Source: Adineta vaga (lineage: Eukaryota > Animalia > Rotifera). Taken from it: DNA of 64,000 nucleotides. The translations under genes and the position numbers were made by a program. Shown here piece after piece: positions 26,964 to 38,720 of the stretch; the stretch's first letter is position 1, and each line of letters opens with the position of its first letter. The notes beneath the pieces are model-generated. The model was not told where the DNA came from and did not search any database. It worked only from the letters and a program-made list of their open reading frames with translations. Where the stretch lies: positions 14,508,001 to 14,572,000 of the forward strand of contig CP075496.1 of assembly GCA_021613535.1 (NCBI GenBank), in the 5' to 3' direction.

Positions 26964-27887
26964 TTATTTAAATGTTTGTGTAAAAACATCTCTTTGATCT
27001 CCCTTAGCATCTAAAAGAGTATTTATTGAAGTTTTAATTGATGTTCCCCATGTTTGTATTAAATCAGCAACTAAACAATTCGCTTTATCATATGAATAAA
27101 GTGTTAAACTTGCTTGTTTTGATAAAATTTTAATTGATGAATTTGCTTTGAGAATAAATTCATTTGGAAATTGATAAATAAATTCTTGATATGAATCAAT
27201 TGATCTTTTTAAAGTCCATCCAACCATATCTTCATCTTTAGTTGTTGTTCTTCCAGTATGTTGAATAGTTATAAAATATCCATATGGATCAATGAATGAA
27301 ATAATTACAGAACCTTGTTGATTTGAATGAATTTCTTCTAAATTAAATAAAGGTTTTTCTATAATTGGAAGAGAAGGTGGTGGTGGTGGTGATTGTGTTG
27401 ATTCTTTTTCAATTTGAATAAAATTTGAATTATAAGATTTAATTAAACGAAATGAATTTATTTGTTTTTTTAAAGAATTAAATTGATTTATTAAATCTTT
27501 AAATTGTTTTTCATTAAAATCATCTGATTCTTTTAATAAATGAAGATTTATTTGAATTAATTTTGATTTATTTAATAAATCTTCATTTGATTTAAATAAT
27601 AAATCTTTTAAATCTTGTTTTGCTTGTTTAGCTATTTGTTTAATTTGTTCAATAGAAGATTTTCTCCATTGATCAATTTCCTGAAATAATTCTGATGTTT
27701 CATCAATTTTTGAAAGATTTAATTCAAACTGATTTTCTTCATGAATTAAATTTTCTAAATCTTTTTCAAGTTCATTTCGATGTTCATTCACATGTTTAAA
27801 ACATAAAGTTTGTTCACAACCATTACAATAAAGAATTCCGCCATTTTTACCACATTTAACACAACAACCATGGAGATTACCTGTCAT
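26964..27887 (-). CDS. B-box-type zinc finger + coiled coil + lamin tail domain (LTD), intronless
   Basis: Zn finger: CVKC...CNGCEQTLCFKHVNEH. LTD-like C-terminus: GSVIISFIDPYGYFITIQH, DMVGWTLKR, YQFP, TWG, LLDAKGDQR. Confidence 0.8.
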   Translation of the reverse strand: MTGNLHGCCVKCGKNGGILYCNGCEQTLCFKHVNEHRNELEKDLENLIHEENQFELNLSKIDETSELFQEIDQWRKSSIEQIKQIAKQAKQDLKDLLFKSNEDLLNKSKLIQINLHLLKESDDFNEKQFKDLINQFNSLKKQINSFRLIKSYNSNFIQIEKESTQSPPPPPSLPIIEKPLFNLEEIHSNQQGSVIISFIDPYGYFITIQHTGRTTTKDEDMVGWTLKRSIDSYQEFIYQFPNEFILKANSSIKILSKQASLTLYSYDKANCLVADLIQTWGTSIKTSINTLLDAKGDQRDVFTQTFK

Positions 27888-28156
27888 CACTATCGACAAA
27901 TACAACAATATGAAAGAATGAAGAAAAATTCTCACATTCTTTTCTTTCGTTCTTTCTATCGACAAAGAAAAAAGAGACGTCTTTTTTTTTCACTCTCTTA
28001 TGAAATGAACATGATATTCTTTATTGTAAAAGAAAAAAAAATCAAATTGATTGTCTTTCCATAGGATGAAAATTGGAATTATTTCCAAATAAATATTGAT
28101 AAGAATAATAATATTGATCTGAAGTCTCACTAAATTCATATTGATAATTATTCTGC

Positions 28157-28206
28157 CAATGTTCTTCTTGAACATCCCAACATTGACGAAATAGTTTATT
28201 TCCCAT
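28157..28206 (+). repeat. Dispersed repeat remnant, copy 1
   Basis: caatgttcttcttgaacatcccaacattgacgaaatagtttat closely matches 34581-34631. Confidence 0.6.
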
Positions 28207-28499
28207 GTGATTTTCTTTTTAACAGTTTTATCAAAGATTTTTTCGCTTTTAAATATATCGAATCTATTTTTACTAAAAAAAAGAAACATCTGGTTTTCTC
28301 TCTCATTAAAAAAAAATCAATTTGATCGTATAAACTAAGTACATTTCACCTTTTCTGTATATAAAGAAATGAATCATTTAGATTTCCAAATGAATCCATA
28401 GATAATCCTTTGTTCATTGTTTAAAATTTAATCCAATCGATGAATTCTATTTAAAAGAAAGAATAAAGAATTCATTTTTCACAAAGCAAAGATAAAAAA

Positions 28500-30758
28500 A
28501 TGAGTGTTGATATACGTTCAAGTACAGCTGCTGTTCCTGAAGTTTCGAATGACAATAGTCAAGTGAAATCAAAAGTTGGTCATGTAGCAAAATTTGCTGA
28601 AATTAATGATGATCAATTATCGAATGATGAAGAACTTTATCCAAAATCATCATCAGATATTTATAAAATTTCATTTGGAAATTCGAAAGAAATTCATGAA
28701 TATTTAAGTTTAAATAAAGAAGTAAAGAAAAATGAATGAAAAATTTGAAATGAATTTTTCTTTTTAGGAATTAAAATCTTTTATAAATAATTCTTATTGG
28801 AAAAAGATTCGTTATTTCATTGGATTATTTTATATTTTATTGATTTTATTTTTATTAATTGGATCGATTTTATTAATTGTATTTTCAACAAAATGTCCAA
28901 CAAAAACAAAATTAAATTGGTATGAAAAAGATTTTATTTATGAAATTGATTTACAAATGTTTTATGATTCAAATGATGATGGACAAGGAGATTTACAAGG
29001 TTTGATTAAGAAATTTGATTATTTACAAAAATATTCATTTAAAACAATTCTTTTTCAATCAACAATCTTTTCAAATCAACAAAATTTTGATTTAATTCAA
29101 TTAAATCAAAATATTCTTAATCAAACTTATTTCGATTCTTTTATTAAATTTATTCATCGAAAAGGTAATTATAGAACTTTCATTTCTATCTTTAGCGATT
29201 TTTCTTCTCTTCATTTTTATTAAGATATGCATTTAATTCTTGATTTACCTTTATCATCAACAAATCAACGAAATTCATCCTCTTGGTATGGAAATAATCA
29301 AACACAAATTCAAGTAAATCTTCTTCGTCGATAAGTAAATCTTAATGAAATATGAAAAATTTATAATATTTTTAGAATCAATGTAATGAAGATCAATCAA
29401 GTTTAGGTTGTCAATATTATCAATCATATGGAAGATTACCATTAGATTTTAATCAATTAGAAATCAATGAACAAGCTCAAGTAAGTTGATAATGAAGAAA
29501 AGAATGAAATAAGTTCCTTTTTTGTTTTAGAATCGAATCTTTTATTGGTTATTAGAGAAAAATATTGATGGAATTAGAATTGATTTACCATTAGAATTAA
29601 ATGAAGAAAAGAATTCTTATGAAATCTCTTATAAAACAATATCAAAATGGAATTTAATTAAAAATCAAATTGAACAAAAAACACATACAAAGTTTGATTT
29701 TCTTTCTTTTTAAATTCAATTCAAAATAATTTCATTGAAAATTTTAGATTAATTCTTTATGATATTCCATCTAATTTAATTCATTTATTAAATAACACTG
29801 ATTTACAAAATCAAATAATTTATCCAATATTTGATGAAAATTCTTCATTAATTACTTCGAAACAAATTAATGAACAAATAAATTCATTACCAAAGTTTTC
29901 AAAGGTTGATTTTTCTTTTCGTTTTCTTTCTCATTTTATTAATTTCTTTTCATTTTAAGTTTCAATCAAATAAACAAATCATTTCCAAAGAAATTCAATT
30001 AACAATGTTAATGTTATTTCGTGGAACACCAATTATTCTTTACGGGGAAGAATTTGGTCTTGAAAATGTTCGAATTATTAAATAAAATATTTTCAAAAAA
30101 AAATCAAACTGAATATTTGTTCTTTTTATTTAGAATAAAAATCGTTTAATGTTATGGACATCAGATAAACCATGTGGAGGATTTTCAAATTGTACAACAA
30201 CAAATTGTCTTCGATTATTTTCATTATTTAATATTAATTCATTTGAAACAAATGTTAAAGTTTGTTTTAGAAAATGAATTTTGAAAAAAAAATTGAATTC
30301 ATTTTTTTCGTTTGTTTTCTTAGCGTGAAGAAGCCATTGATGGAAATCCAAATGAATCTTTATTAAGATTATTTGAATATTTAACAAAATTACGTCGAGA
30401 AGATTCATTTCGTTATGGTTTATTTGAAAAAGGTTATTCGGAAGAATTAAATTTATTTTGGTTTATAAGAGAATTATCTGGTTCACGTGGTTATTTAATT
30501 TTAATTAATTTAAATAAAAAAGAAAAAGAATTTTCTCATTTATCATTATATAAATTAACAAATCATTTAATTCCACAATATATAACATATGAATATCAAT
30601 GGCCAAAGAAATTTAATACATTTTATTCAAATTCAACTTATATTAATGCAGATAATTTATTTCTTTCATCACAAAGTATTTCAATCTTTTCATGGAAAAC
30701 AAAACTTATTAAACCAAATATTTTATTGGAAAAAGCGAGAAAATTTTTAGTTGATTAA
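28500..30758 (+). CDS. SLC3A (rBAT/CD98hc)-type amino-acid transporter heavy chain with GH13-like ectodomain, multi-exon
   Basis: Cytosolic N-terminus, single TM segment, CP motif, then WYEKDFIYEI, FYDSNDDGQGDLQGL, IDGIRID and GTPIILYGEE across ~10 short exons. Confidence 0.85.
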
Positions 30759-31541
30759 AAACTTTTTATTTCTTTTTTTATTTTTTAAATAAAAACGTTC
30801 TTTTTTTGTTCTTCCTTCATTTCTTAACATGAATCTATCATTTGGAAAGAAAATTGATGGGATATTTCGATTAAAAAAAGGTTAGTGTAAAAATAGGCCG
30901 TCAGAAGTGAACAAAACTGCGCGCGGTCGAGATAAACTACATACAATCTTGAAACTTCAACGTCGCTGGCATCAACGTGAATCACGTTGACACGGGCGGT
31001 CCCTGACCGTTACCACTATGCGTGTGACAGACTTGAATGCATCCATCCATCGTCCTTATTTTCTTTCCATTCGTTGTATACAGATAAGATTTTCAATAGA
31101 TGTCCTATAGTGATTTTTATATCATTTATGAAATCTATCATTGTATTCTCTCGCAATTTGAATCGATTAATAGTATTTTCAAGGTGTCTTGAGTTGAGTT
31201 CATCTACTTTTGATGTAGTTTTAGTTACTTACAATATTTGAAAAAATTAAACCAAATTTACGAAGTCTTACCCGTATCGTTTTACACTTATTAAGCAAAA
31301 ACGGAAAAAACTTAATTATTCATCTTCAGTTCATAATTCATCATCATTCATTAAAATAGAATGACTTCAAAGATGTTTTTTCCTCGAAGAATCAATGTAC
31401 GTATTGCGTCAAAGGACGAGAAAAAAATGGAATAGAATAGATAGAAAAGTTTAAACGCATTTGATTGGTTCAAATTCTATATAAGAAGTGAACCAATTGC
31501 CTTTGGTTAGTGCGTTTGGCCTATTTCTATTAACCGTAAAA

Positions 31542-32126
31542 ATGATGTTACGTCGTAGAAGTGAATATAAAGAAACGATATGGAAAAATGGAAATGGAAT
31601 AACATTTGAAATTGATCGTTATCCGAATAATGAAAATGAAGATATTCAATGGCGTGTAAGTATGGCTATTATTAAATATCCTGGAGGACCTTTTTCTATT
31701 TATCCAAATATTGATAGAAGTTTAGGAATTTTTCAAGGAAATCGAATTTTATTAAAATTAGATAATAATGAATTGATTAATTTATATGATAATTCAAATC
31801 CTTATTCATTTCAAGGTGAAAAACAAATTAATTGTGAAATATTTCAAGATGAACTTATTGATTTTAATGTTATGACAAATAGAAATTATTTTCAACATAA
31901 AATTCAACGTTTGGTTTTAAATCAAAATGAAAATCCAATGAAAATTAATAATTTAAATAAAAATATTCTTTTTTTCATAACTATTCAAGGAAATTTGAAT
32001 ATTAATCAAATCAATTTAATTCAAGGTGATACAATTAAATTTCTAAATCATGATCAATCGATTGAAATTAATACTTTAGATCATATTTCAACTTTCTTTT
32101 TTATTGAAATTATTGCATTGAAATAA
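31542..32126 (+). CDS. hutD: HutD/Ves-family cupin-like protein, bacterial-type, intronless
   Basis: WKNGNGITFEI, WRVSMA, GPFSIYPNIDRSL, PYSFQGE and DFNVM match the HutD signature. Confidence 0.85.
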   Translation: MMLRRRSEYKETIWKNGNGITFEIDRYPNNENEDIQWRVSMAIIKYPGGPFSIYPNIDRSLGIFQGNRILLKLDNNELINLYDNSNPYSFQGEKQINCEIFQDELIDFNVMTNRNYFQHKIQRLVLNQNENPMKINNLNKNILFFITIQGNLNINQINLIQGDTIKFLNHDQSIEINTLDHISTFFFIEIIALK

Positions 32127-32953
32127 ATTTGCACTTTTTTCAAATCTTTCATCATTAAATTCTCAAAAAAGGAAACGTTAAATTTCTTTCAAATTAAAAA
32201 AAAAGACTATTCTAAAGATTTACAGTAGAACTATATGTATACCAAAGGGAGAACATGCAAAGAAGGTACCGCCAGCACCTATCGGAGTTCTTACATATGT
32301 TGAACGAATATAATTTCAATAGAATAATATATCATATCAAAATTAATGACGATTTTCTTTTCAAATAAAAACACTTCTCATGATGATCTATGAGGAAAGT
32401 ACTTATAAACTAACGTTTGTAATCGAATTGATAATTATACTTAAGATTGTTGAAATAAAATAATAATGATTAATTTATAATAAATTATATTTCTATGAAA
32501 AACTCAAATTTCAACCTGTTCTTTCATTCAAAATGATAACAAAATAAATAAATAATTCTATTTAAAAGTTGAAACATCTTATAGGGTCATATCTCAAGAG
32601 AATTGGTATTTTATGACTATAAGGAAAGCACCAAATTAATATTCAGATGAGTATGAGCTTTTTTGATAAGACAAAACTGTTCCAAGAATTTTCTTTCTAT
32701 ATTACTCATATTGCCTATTTGTTAACGAATGCATCGCAAATAGAAAACATGGGCACTCAGAATAATAACTTTATTGAGATATTGTAAAAGGAACATCGAA
32801 AATAACTTCTACTGAGATTTGTTTTTGTTGTCAAGTCGTAAAAAACATCTGAAAAGAAAAAGATGACGTCAATACTTTGAAGAAATGAAAAAGAATAAAT
32901 TCGAATGAATTTCATTTGAATATTTTGTTGAATAACAACAAACGAAAAAAGAA

Positions 32954-33816
32954 ATGACAGAAGAAAATGATTTAATATGTCCAATAACATTAGAAATCTT
33001 TCGTGATCCCGTTAAAGCAAAAGATGGTCATATTTATGAAAGAATAGCAATTGAAAAATGGATTTTAGAACATGGAACAAGTCCAATAACAAGAGAAAGA
33101 TTAAATATAAATGAATTGATTAGTGAAAATGAATTAAAAAAGATTTGTCTTGAAAAAAGAAAATTAAGTGTTTCATATAATGTAAATGATGATCAAATAA
33201 CATTTTCATCATTAAATAATTTCATTCCAAATACAAATCGTATTAATCCAATTAATAATGATCAAATATCACAATCGAATTTGAATTTAACAAATCGATC
33301 AAATACGTTTTGTATTTTAATTCTTTTAACTTCATTTATTTTACCAATTTCATTTCTTATTGGAATTTTTCAAGGTTTAAATAATTCATTTATACAAGGT
33401 TTGTTTTTCTTCTTAAAGAAATGAAATGATTTTGTTCTAATTTAGAAAAACAAATAACAACACGTTATTCTAATACATTACAAATAAATGATACAACATA
33501 TAATCAAAGTGGAATTTATTATTATAAATTAATTGAAATAATCATTTTAACAGATGGATTTTATGGTTTAGAAATTCAAAGTCAATCAATTATAAGTATT
33601 GATGGATTTATTTATAAAGATTCATTTAATTCAACTGATTTATCATTGAATTTAATTTCATTAATTTATAAAGATAAAAAATATTCTCGAACATATTTGG
33701 GAAATTATTTTTTTCAATCAAATAAATATCTTTTTATGATAACAACTTATTTTTGTTGTCAATATGGACCTTTTCAAATTTTAATTACTGGACCTAATTA
33801 TGTGGATTTTATTTGA
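32954..33816 (+). CDS. U-box E3 ligase + transmembrane helix + beta-rich C-terminal domain, 2 exons
   Basis: U-box LICPITLEIFRDPV...GHIYERIAIEKWI...TSPITRE; TM segment FCILILLTSFILPISFLIGIF; intron 33399-33445; exon 2 is open to TGA at 33814-33816. Confidence 0.82.
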
Positions 33817-33880
33817 AATTTTTTACAAATAAAATTATCTAAAAATCTAAATTGAAAAACAAAGGTTTCAATTTTTCTTC

Positions 33881-34081
33881 TCAATTAATTTGTTTTCCAT
33901 TAATTGCAGGTCCAATTGTTATTCCACCAGCTAATGATGAATCAATACGATCATTTGATTCAGATGTTGTTGGATAATTACTTTTCGAATCAGTTGTATG
34001 TCCAACAGCTGTTCCGACACCCATTTCACGTAATTTTTCATTAGCAACATCACTTCCTTTCGGTGGAATTGATGAACTCAT
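33881..34081 (-). CDS. Small hydrophilic 66-aa protein of unknown function
   Basis: ATG-to-stop ORF with codon usage like the genuine local genes (A/T-ending Gly, Ala, Pro, Thr codons), unlike the intergenic DNA. Confidence 0.6.
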   Translation of the reverse strand: MSSSIPPKGSDVANEKLREMGVGTAVGHTTDSKSNYPTTSESNDRIDSSLAGGITIGPAINGKQIN

Positions 34082-34580
34082 TTTGTCTTATTGCTATTCT
34101 CAAGGAAAAAGATAAATGCAATCCAATAGATATTTATGTATTTCCCTTTCCTTTCCTTTCTTATGATTGGATATTTCATCTTCAGATATTCAGGATTATC
34201 TATCTTTTTCTAATCCATTAGATGTCACATATCGAATATGAGAAAAATTTCCGTTGTTTTCTTTTCCCATCTATTGTTCATATAAATATTTAATGTATCG
34301 AATTAGTATTAGAAAAAGATTTCATTTTGTTTAAACTTAAAAAGCAAAGTTAGCTTTTATTTCGAAGATTTCTATAGAATAATAGTTGAAATAATGTATA
34401 TATTTTCGCAAGAGATATTTTATGAATTATCTTGCAAATAAATCAATGAAAAGATTGAACAGATTATCTTTGAATATTAGCATAAAAACTAAATTGATTT
34501 TCAAAAAAATGTTGGGAAGAATTTTATAATATCGATGAGAAGTTTCATTAAATTCCTACTGATTTGAATTTTTATGATAT

Positions 34581-34631
34581 CAATGTTTTTCTTGCACATC
34601 CCAACACTGACGAAATAATTTATTATCCATC
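34581..34631 (+). repeat. Dispersed repeat remnant, copy 2
   Basis: Matches 28157-28206. Confidence 0.6.
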
Positions 34632-35813
34632 GTTTTAGTTTTGTTTTTATCGTATTTTTCTTAAATTTCGATTTCATCTTTAAATATGTAAAATTAAAAC
34701 AACAGACAGATGTTTTTCTTTTCCACTACCAAAATAAAAAATCTGATACTGAGAAATTTAGATATTTTCTTTTATTTCAAATTAAAAAAAATGAACATTT
34801 TTTCATTTAGGATTCAAATGCTCGAGTAATGAAACTATTAGAAATTTTTCCAGTTGGTGTTAGATTATTAATCTAGATCGGACTGTCAATACTTGTCATA
34901 ATTTGATCAACTTTACGAGAGATGCTTTCTATTGTACATAATCTACCCCAAGTAAATCATGTATTACTTCATCAAGCAAATCAAAAATCTTATGTTCTAA
35001 AGTACAAATTATATTTTCGAATTCAATAACAATGTTTCCTGTTGGTTGGATACTTGCTGGAATCGTTTCTTTGATATTGGAAAAATCCACAGATGTCTTT
35101 CACATATATGTAGCACAATCATTTGGTCGTATGGTATATGATGTGGATTATTATGATATTCTATTTTACTCATCAAAAGATGCTAAACGAATAATGTTTA
35201 CTATCGGTAGTTCATTCTGTATCATAATAACTTTTTCTAATGGTACATTGTCAAAGAAACTTGGTATCTAAAAAGTAACGTTCGTAACTTTCATTTTATA
35301 TTATCAGGTTCATAAATCGATAACGGATGTAATGTTAGATTTATCGATCTAAGTTTATATATTAAACTAAATCTTTTTTTTTCTTGAATATAACCAATAC
35401 TTTCTACCAAACAACTCAGTGTGGGTCCATTTTTTTCTATTGAGGAAACCACCAAACCTCAAGAAAAAAAATAGTAGAAATACCATTTGAACAGAAAGAA
35501 AATTGAATGAATTGTTTTTCTCGATGCAGTTTTGCTTTCGTCCTTGTCGTTCCAGTTAAACAACGAGCATGTTGATTATCACTACCGACAGTCTATTTTT
35601 TTGACCGACTCTTCAACGAAAAAGAAGAAAAAACGTCTAAACAGACAAGTATTGAATAGAACAGACAGACTGTCTAAGAATATATTTAGAATGTATAGAA
35701 TCGTTTCTCTTACAAACAGACACGACTGATCATTAATTAAAAAGAGAATAGAAGGAAGAAAATGTTGAATATTTCATATATAAGTTCAGTTTATTTGAAC
35801 AAAACTTTGATAA

Positions 35814-36485
35814 ATGTTTTCAATGAACGAAGCGGTTGTATCATTAAACAATGGATTATCATCAGTCGACGACAAACAAATATCATGTTATGTTGATATG
35901 AAAATCTGGCTTCACATTTATTTAATGGTTGTAGTATCTATGGAATGTATTATCTCCCTTATCTATCTGACCTTATCGTGTATTTTCTTGTTCTCTTTTT
36001 TCGTTTATCCTCATTGGTATCGTTCAATTGGTTTAATATCTAGATCTCTCTTACTGTTACACGAGGAAGAAGCGGCAGCACAAAACTATGGAATATTTTT
36101 CTTAAGAAATGAAGTAATATTAATATTTATTTATGTATTTTTGGTCTTTATGTATACGTGGCTTGGGTTCCTCAATAACAAATATACTGTTACATATATG
36201 GATTTTTGTCAGTGGTTACTCGAAGCTTCATTTTTTCGAATCGTTTTCTTTGGTATATATTCAACTGGAGACGAATCTTTGATTCGTAATTATATATCAG
36301 GTTATGTTACAGCAATCATGATGCTTTATGCGGAGAGAAATGAAGATTTTTTCATTCATGATATGAAAGCGTTTGTTTTTCGTGTATATTGTTTAAAAAT
36401 GAAATATATAAATAGGATAAAATTATTAAATGAAAGAATTTCTTATCTGAATATTTTTCATATAGTTTGTTCGGAATTTAAATAG
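35814..36485 (+). CDS. Putative multi-pass membrane protein, unrecognised
   Basis: 223-aa ATG ORF with several hydrophobic segments but no recognisable motif. Confidence 0.35.
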   Translation: MFSMNEAVVSLNNGLSSVDDKQISCYVDMKIWLHIYLMVVVSMECIISLIYLTLSCIFLFSFFVYPHWYRSIGLISRSLLLLHEEEAAAQNYGIFFLRNEVILIFIYVFLVFMYTWLGFLNNKYTVTYMDFCQWLLEASFFRIVFFGIYSTGDESLIRNYISGYVTAIMMLYAERNEDFFIHDMKAFVFRVYCLKMKYINRIKLLNERISYLNIFHIVCSEFK

Positions 36486-37263
36486 ATTTAGTAGAAGAAA
36501 TCGTTTCACGGAACAATCGAATGACATGATTCATTTTTGAACATTTTCCGTTAGTTGTTGTAGACAATCCTTTTTCGTACGATAACTTCCTAGTGAACAG
36601 AAATATAAAAATAAGATGATTTCTTATATGTGAATATCTGAAGCAACATCAAAATAAAAATTGAGATATTATGTATAACTTATGTTAAAATTGATAGAGA
36701 GATTGTAAAACAAAAAGTAGCATTGTCTTTCGTAATACATATGTTTACAGTTTTGAAGTATTTTCTATCTTTATTTCTGATATTTTTTCAAGAATATTTC
36801 AAATCATATAAACATTGAAGATTCAACACAACGAATAATTAACAAAAACAGAAATTAATTTTCATGTATTTAATATTGAGAAAGCTAAGTGAAACACCAT
36901 TAGAAAATTATAAAAGAATATCATTATATCTTCGATAATTCACCTGATCAGATTCATCTTCGAACTCGAGTAAATGTGATAATGCTCTATAGAAAATTTC
37001 ATCATAATCGAATTAGTTTTTCAGAAATTATCAAGTAAACGAACGAATGGACGAACATATTCATTGAATCTAGTAGTGTGTACTCACTTTTTGAATAAAC
37101 TAAAAAATCTTCATAAAAATATCGTTGATGTGAAAGAAATACTTTAAAACAAATTTTATCTTGAGAAATAATAACATTTGAAGAAACACAATTATAGATA
37201 TTGATCATTCAATTCAGTCGAGATCTAAGATAATTTTAGTTATATCAAAGTTAATTTATTTGT

Positions 37264-38582
37264 TCATTGTCTATATAAATATTTAATCATTTGTTTAAAA
37301 TCTTCATCAAATGTTGAATTAAATATTGAATTAATTGTTGTAAATGGAAATTTATTTAAATAATCATTGATATTAATTGGAATATAATCATTTTCTTTAA
37401 TATTTAACCATTTTTCCCAACAATAAATTGAAATTAAATCAAAATCTTGATTAAATTTATTAAGAAATAATTTATGACTTTTTTCAATAAAATACAAATC
37501 TTTATAATTGAATTGACAAATTCCTTGAATATAATTTTCTGATTGACAATGTGTAAAAGGTTGTCCTTTCCAATTTTTATAATGAGATAAAAGTTCATAA
37601 TAAGGATAAAATTTTGTTTTTTTTCTTGATTTAAATGAAGATAAATGTTTGAAATGAATTAATGTTGAATAAAAATGTTCATCTGGTATTGATGTTTGAT
37701 TTAAATAAGAAAAGAATTCATTTGATAAATAATCATTATGAATTTCATTTAGAAATTTTCGTGTTAAAATTGTATGAAATTCACCTTTATAAATTGTAAA
37801 ATTCGAATATTTTGTTGATTGTGGAATTGAACTAATATCAACTTGATTTTTATCTTCAATTAATTGAAGAATTTCAACACGATTTCGATTTGTTTGAATA
37901 GGAAGTTCAGTACCAGCAATAGTCATATAATAAAACCATTTTGTTGATTTTTCAATTAAAATTTTTTGACAAATTCTTTCAGCTTGTAAAATTTGAAATG
38001 ATCCCCATGAAATATTAAATCTTTGATTTGATAAATAAATATTTTGAAAACATTTTGATAATTTCAAAGCATATTGATAAATTTGTTCAGATGCTTTAAG
38101 ATCAATATGAATACAATAGAAATTTGTTTGAATATATAATGTTCGAATTAAAATTTGAAATTGATAAAAATTTTTATAAATAAAAATTGTAAATCCCATT
38201 GGATTTTCTTTTTCAATTTTTGTAAAAGATTTTTTAAAAAAGAAATGTTTTTTAATAAATTCTTTACATGAAATATTTTCATTAAAATTTTGCCAAATTT
38301 TTACTTTTTCTTTTAAGAAATTATTTTTTCTTTTTATTTCATTTTCATCGATTGATTTTCCATTGATTAAATTTCCACAAAATGTTTTTTCAAGAAAATC
38401 TTTACGAGAAATTTGTTTCAATTGATTATTTCGATTTGAATAAATAAGAATTAAAAAGAGAATTAAAATTAATAAGAAAATATTCTATTTGAAACAATAA
38501 AAAACCATTTTTTTTTATGAAAAATTTCAAAAGAAAAGTTTTTTACCTTGAATTTCAAAAGAAATTTCTTTTGAAAAAACAT
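37264..38582 (-). CDS. Core-2/I-branching beta-1,6-GlcNAc transferase (GT14), type II membrane, 2 exons
   Basis: Exon 38582-38547, 62-bp intron, exon 38484-37264. Signal anchor followed by YCIHIDLK, SWGSF, ELPIQTN, IPDEHFY, GICQF and LFLNKF. Confidence 0.85.
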
Positions 38583-38720
38583 TTGAAAATATGTACAAAT
38601 AAAAACTTTCTTCTTGCAGCGTTAAATTCTTTTTTCGTTCTTTTCAAATGAATCATTTTCTTTCAAAACAAAAAAGTCTTTCTTTTTACATAAAGATAAC
38701 ATTTCATTAGAAAAAAGAAG

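Noticed and set aside
30883-31290. GC-richer segment with weak terminal inverted match; ORF 30987-31241
   Set aside because: The TIR is too short, there is no TSD, and the ORF has no motif.
31488-32126. Bacterial contamination as the source of hutD and other foreign-looking genes
   Set aside because: Base composition and codon usage match the host, and the genes are contiguous with intron-containing animal genes.
38485-38508. Apparent premature TAG after ATG 38508 in the GT14 gene
   Set aside because: The TAG is the acceptor of a 62-bp phase-0 intron, and an upstream exon supplies the ATG at 38582.
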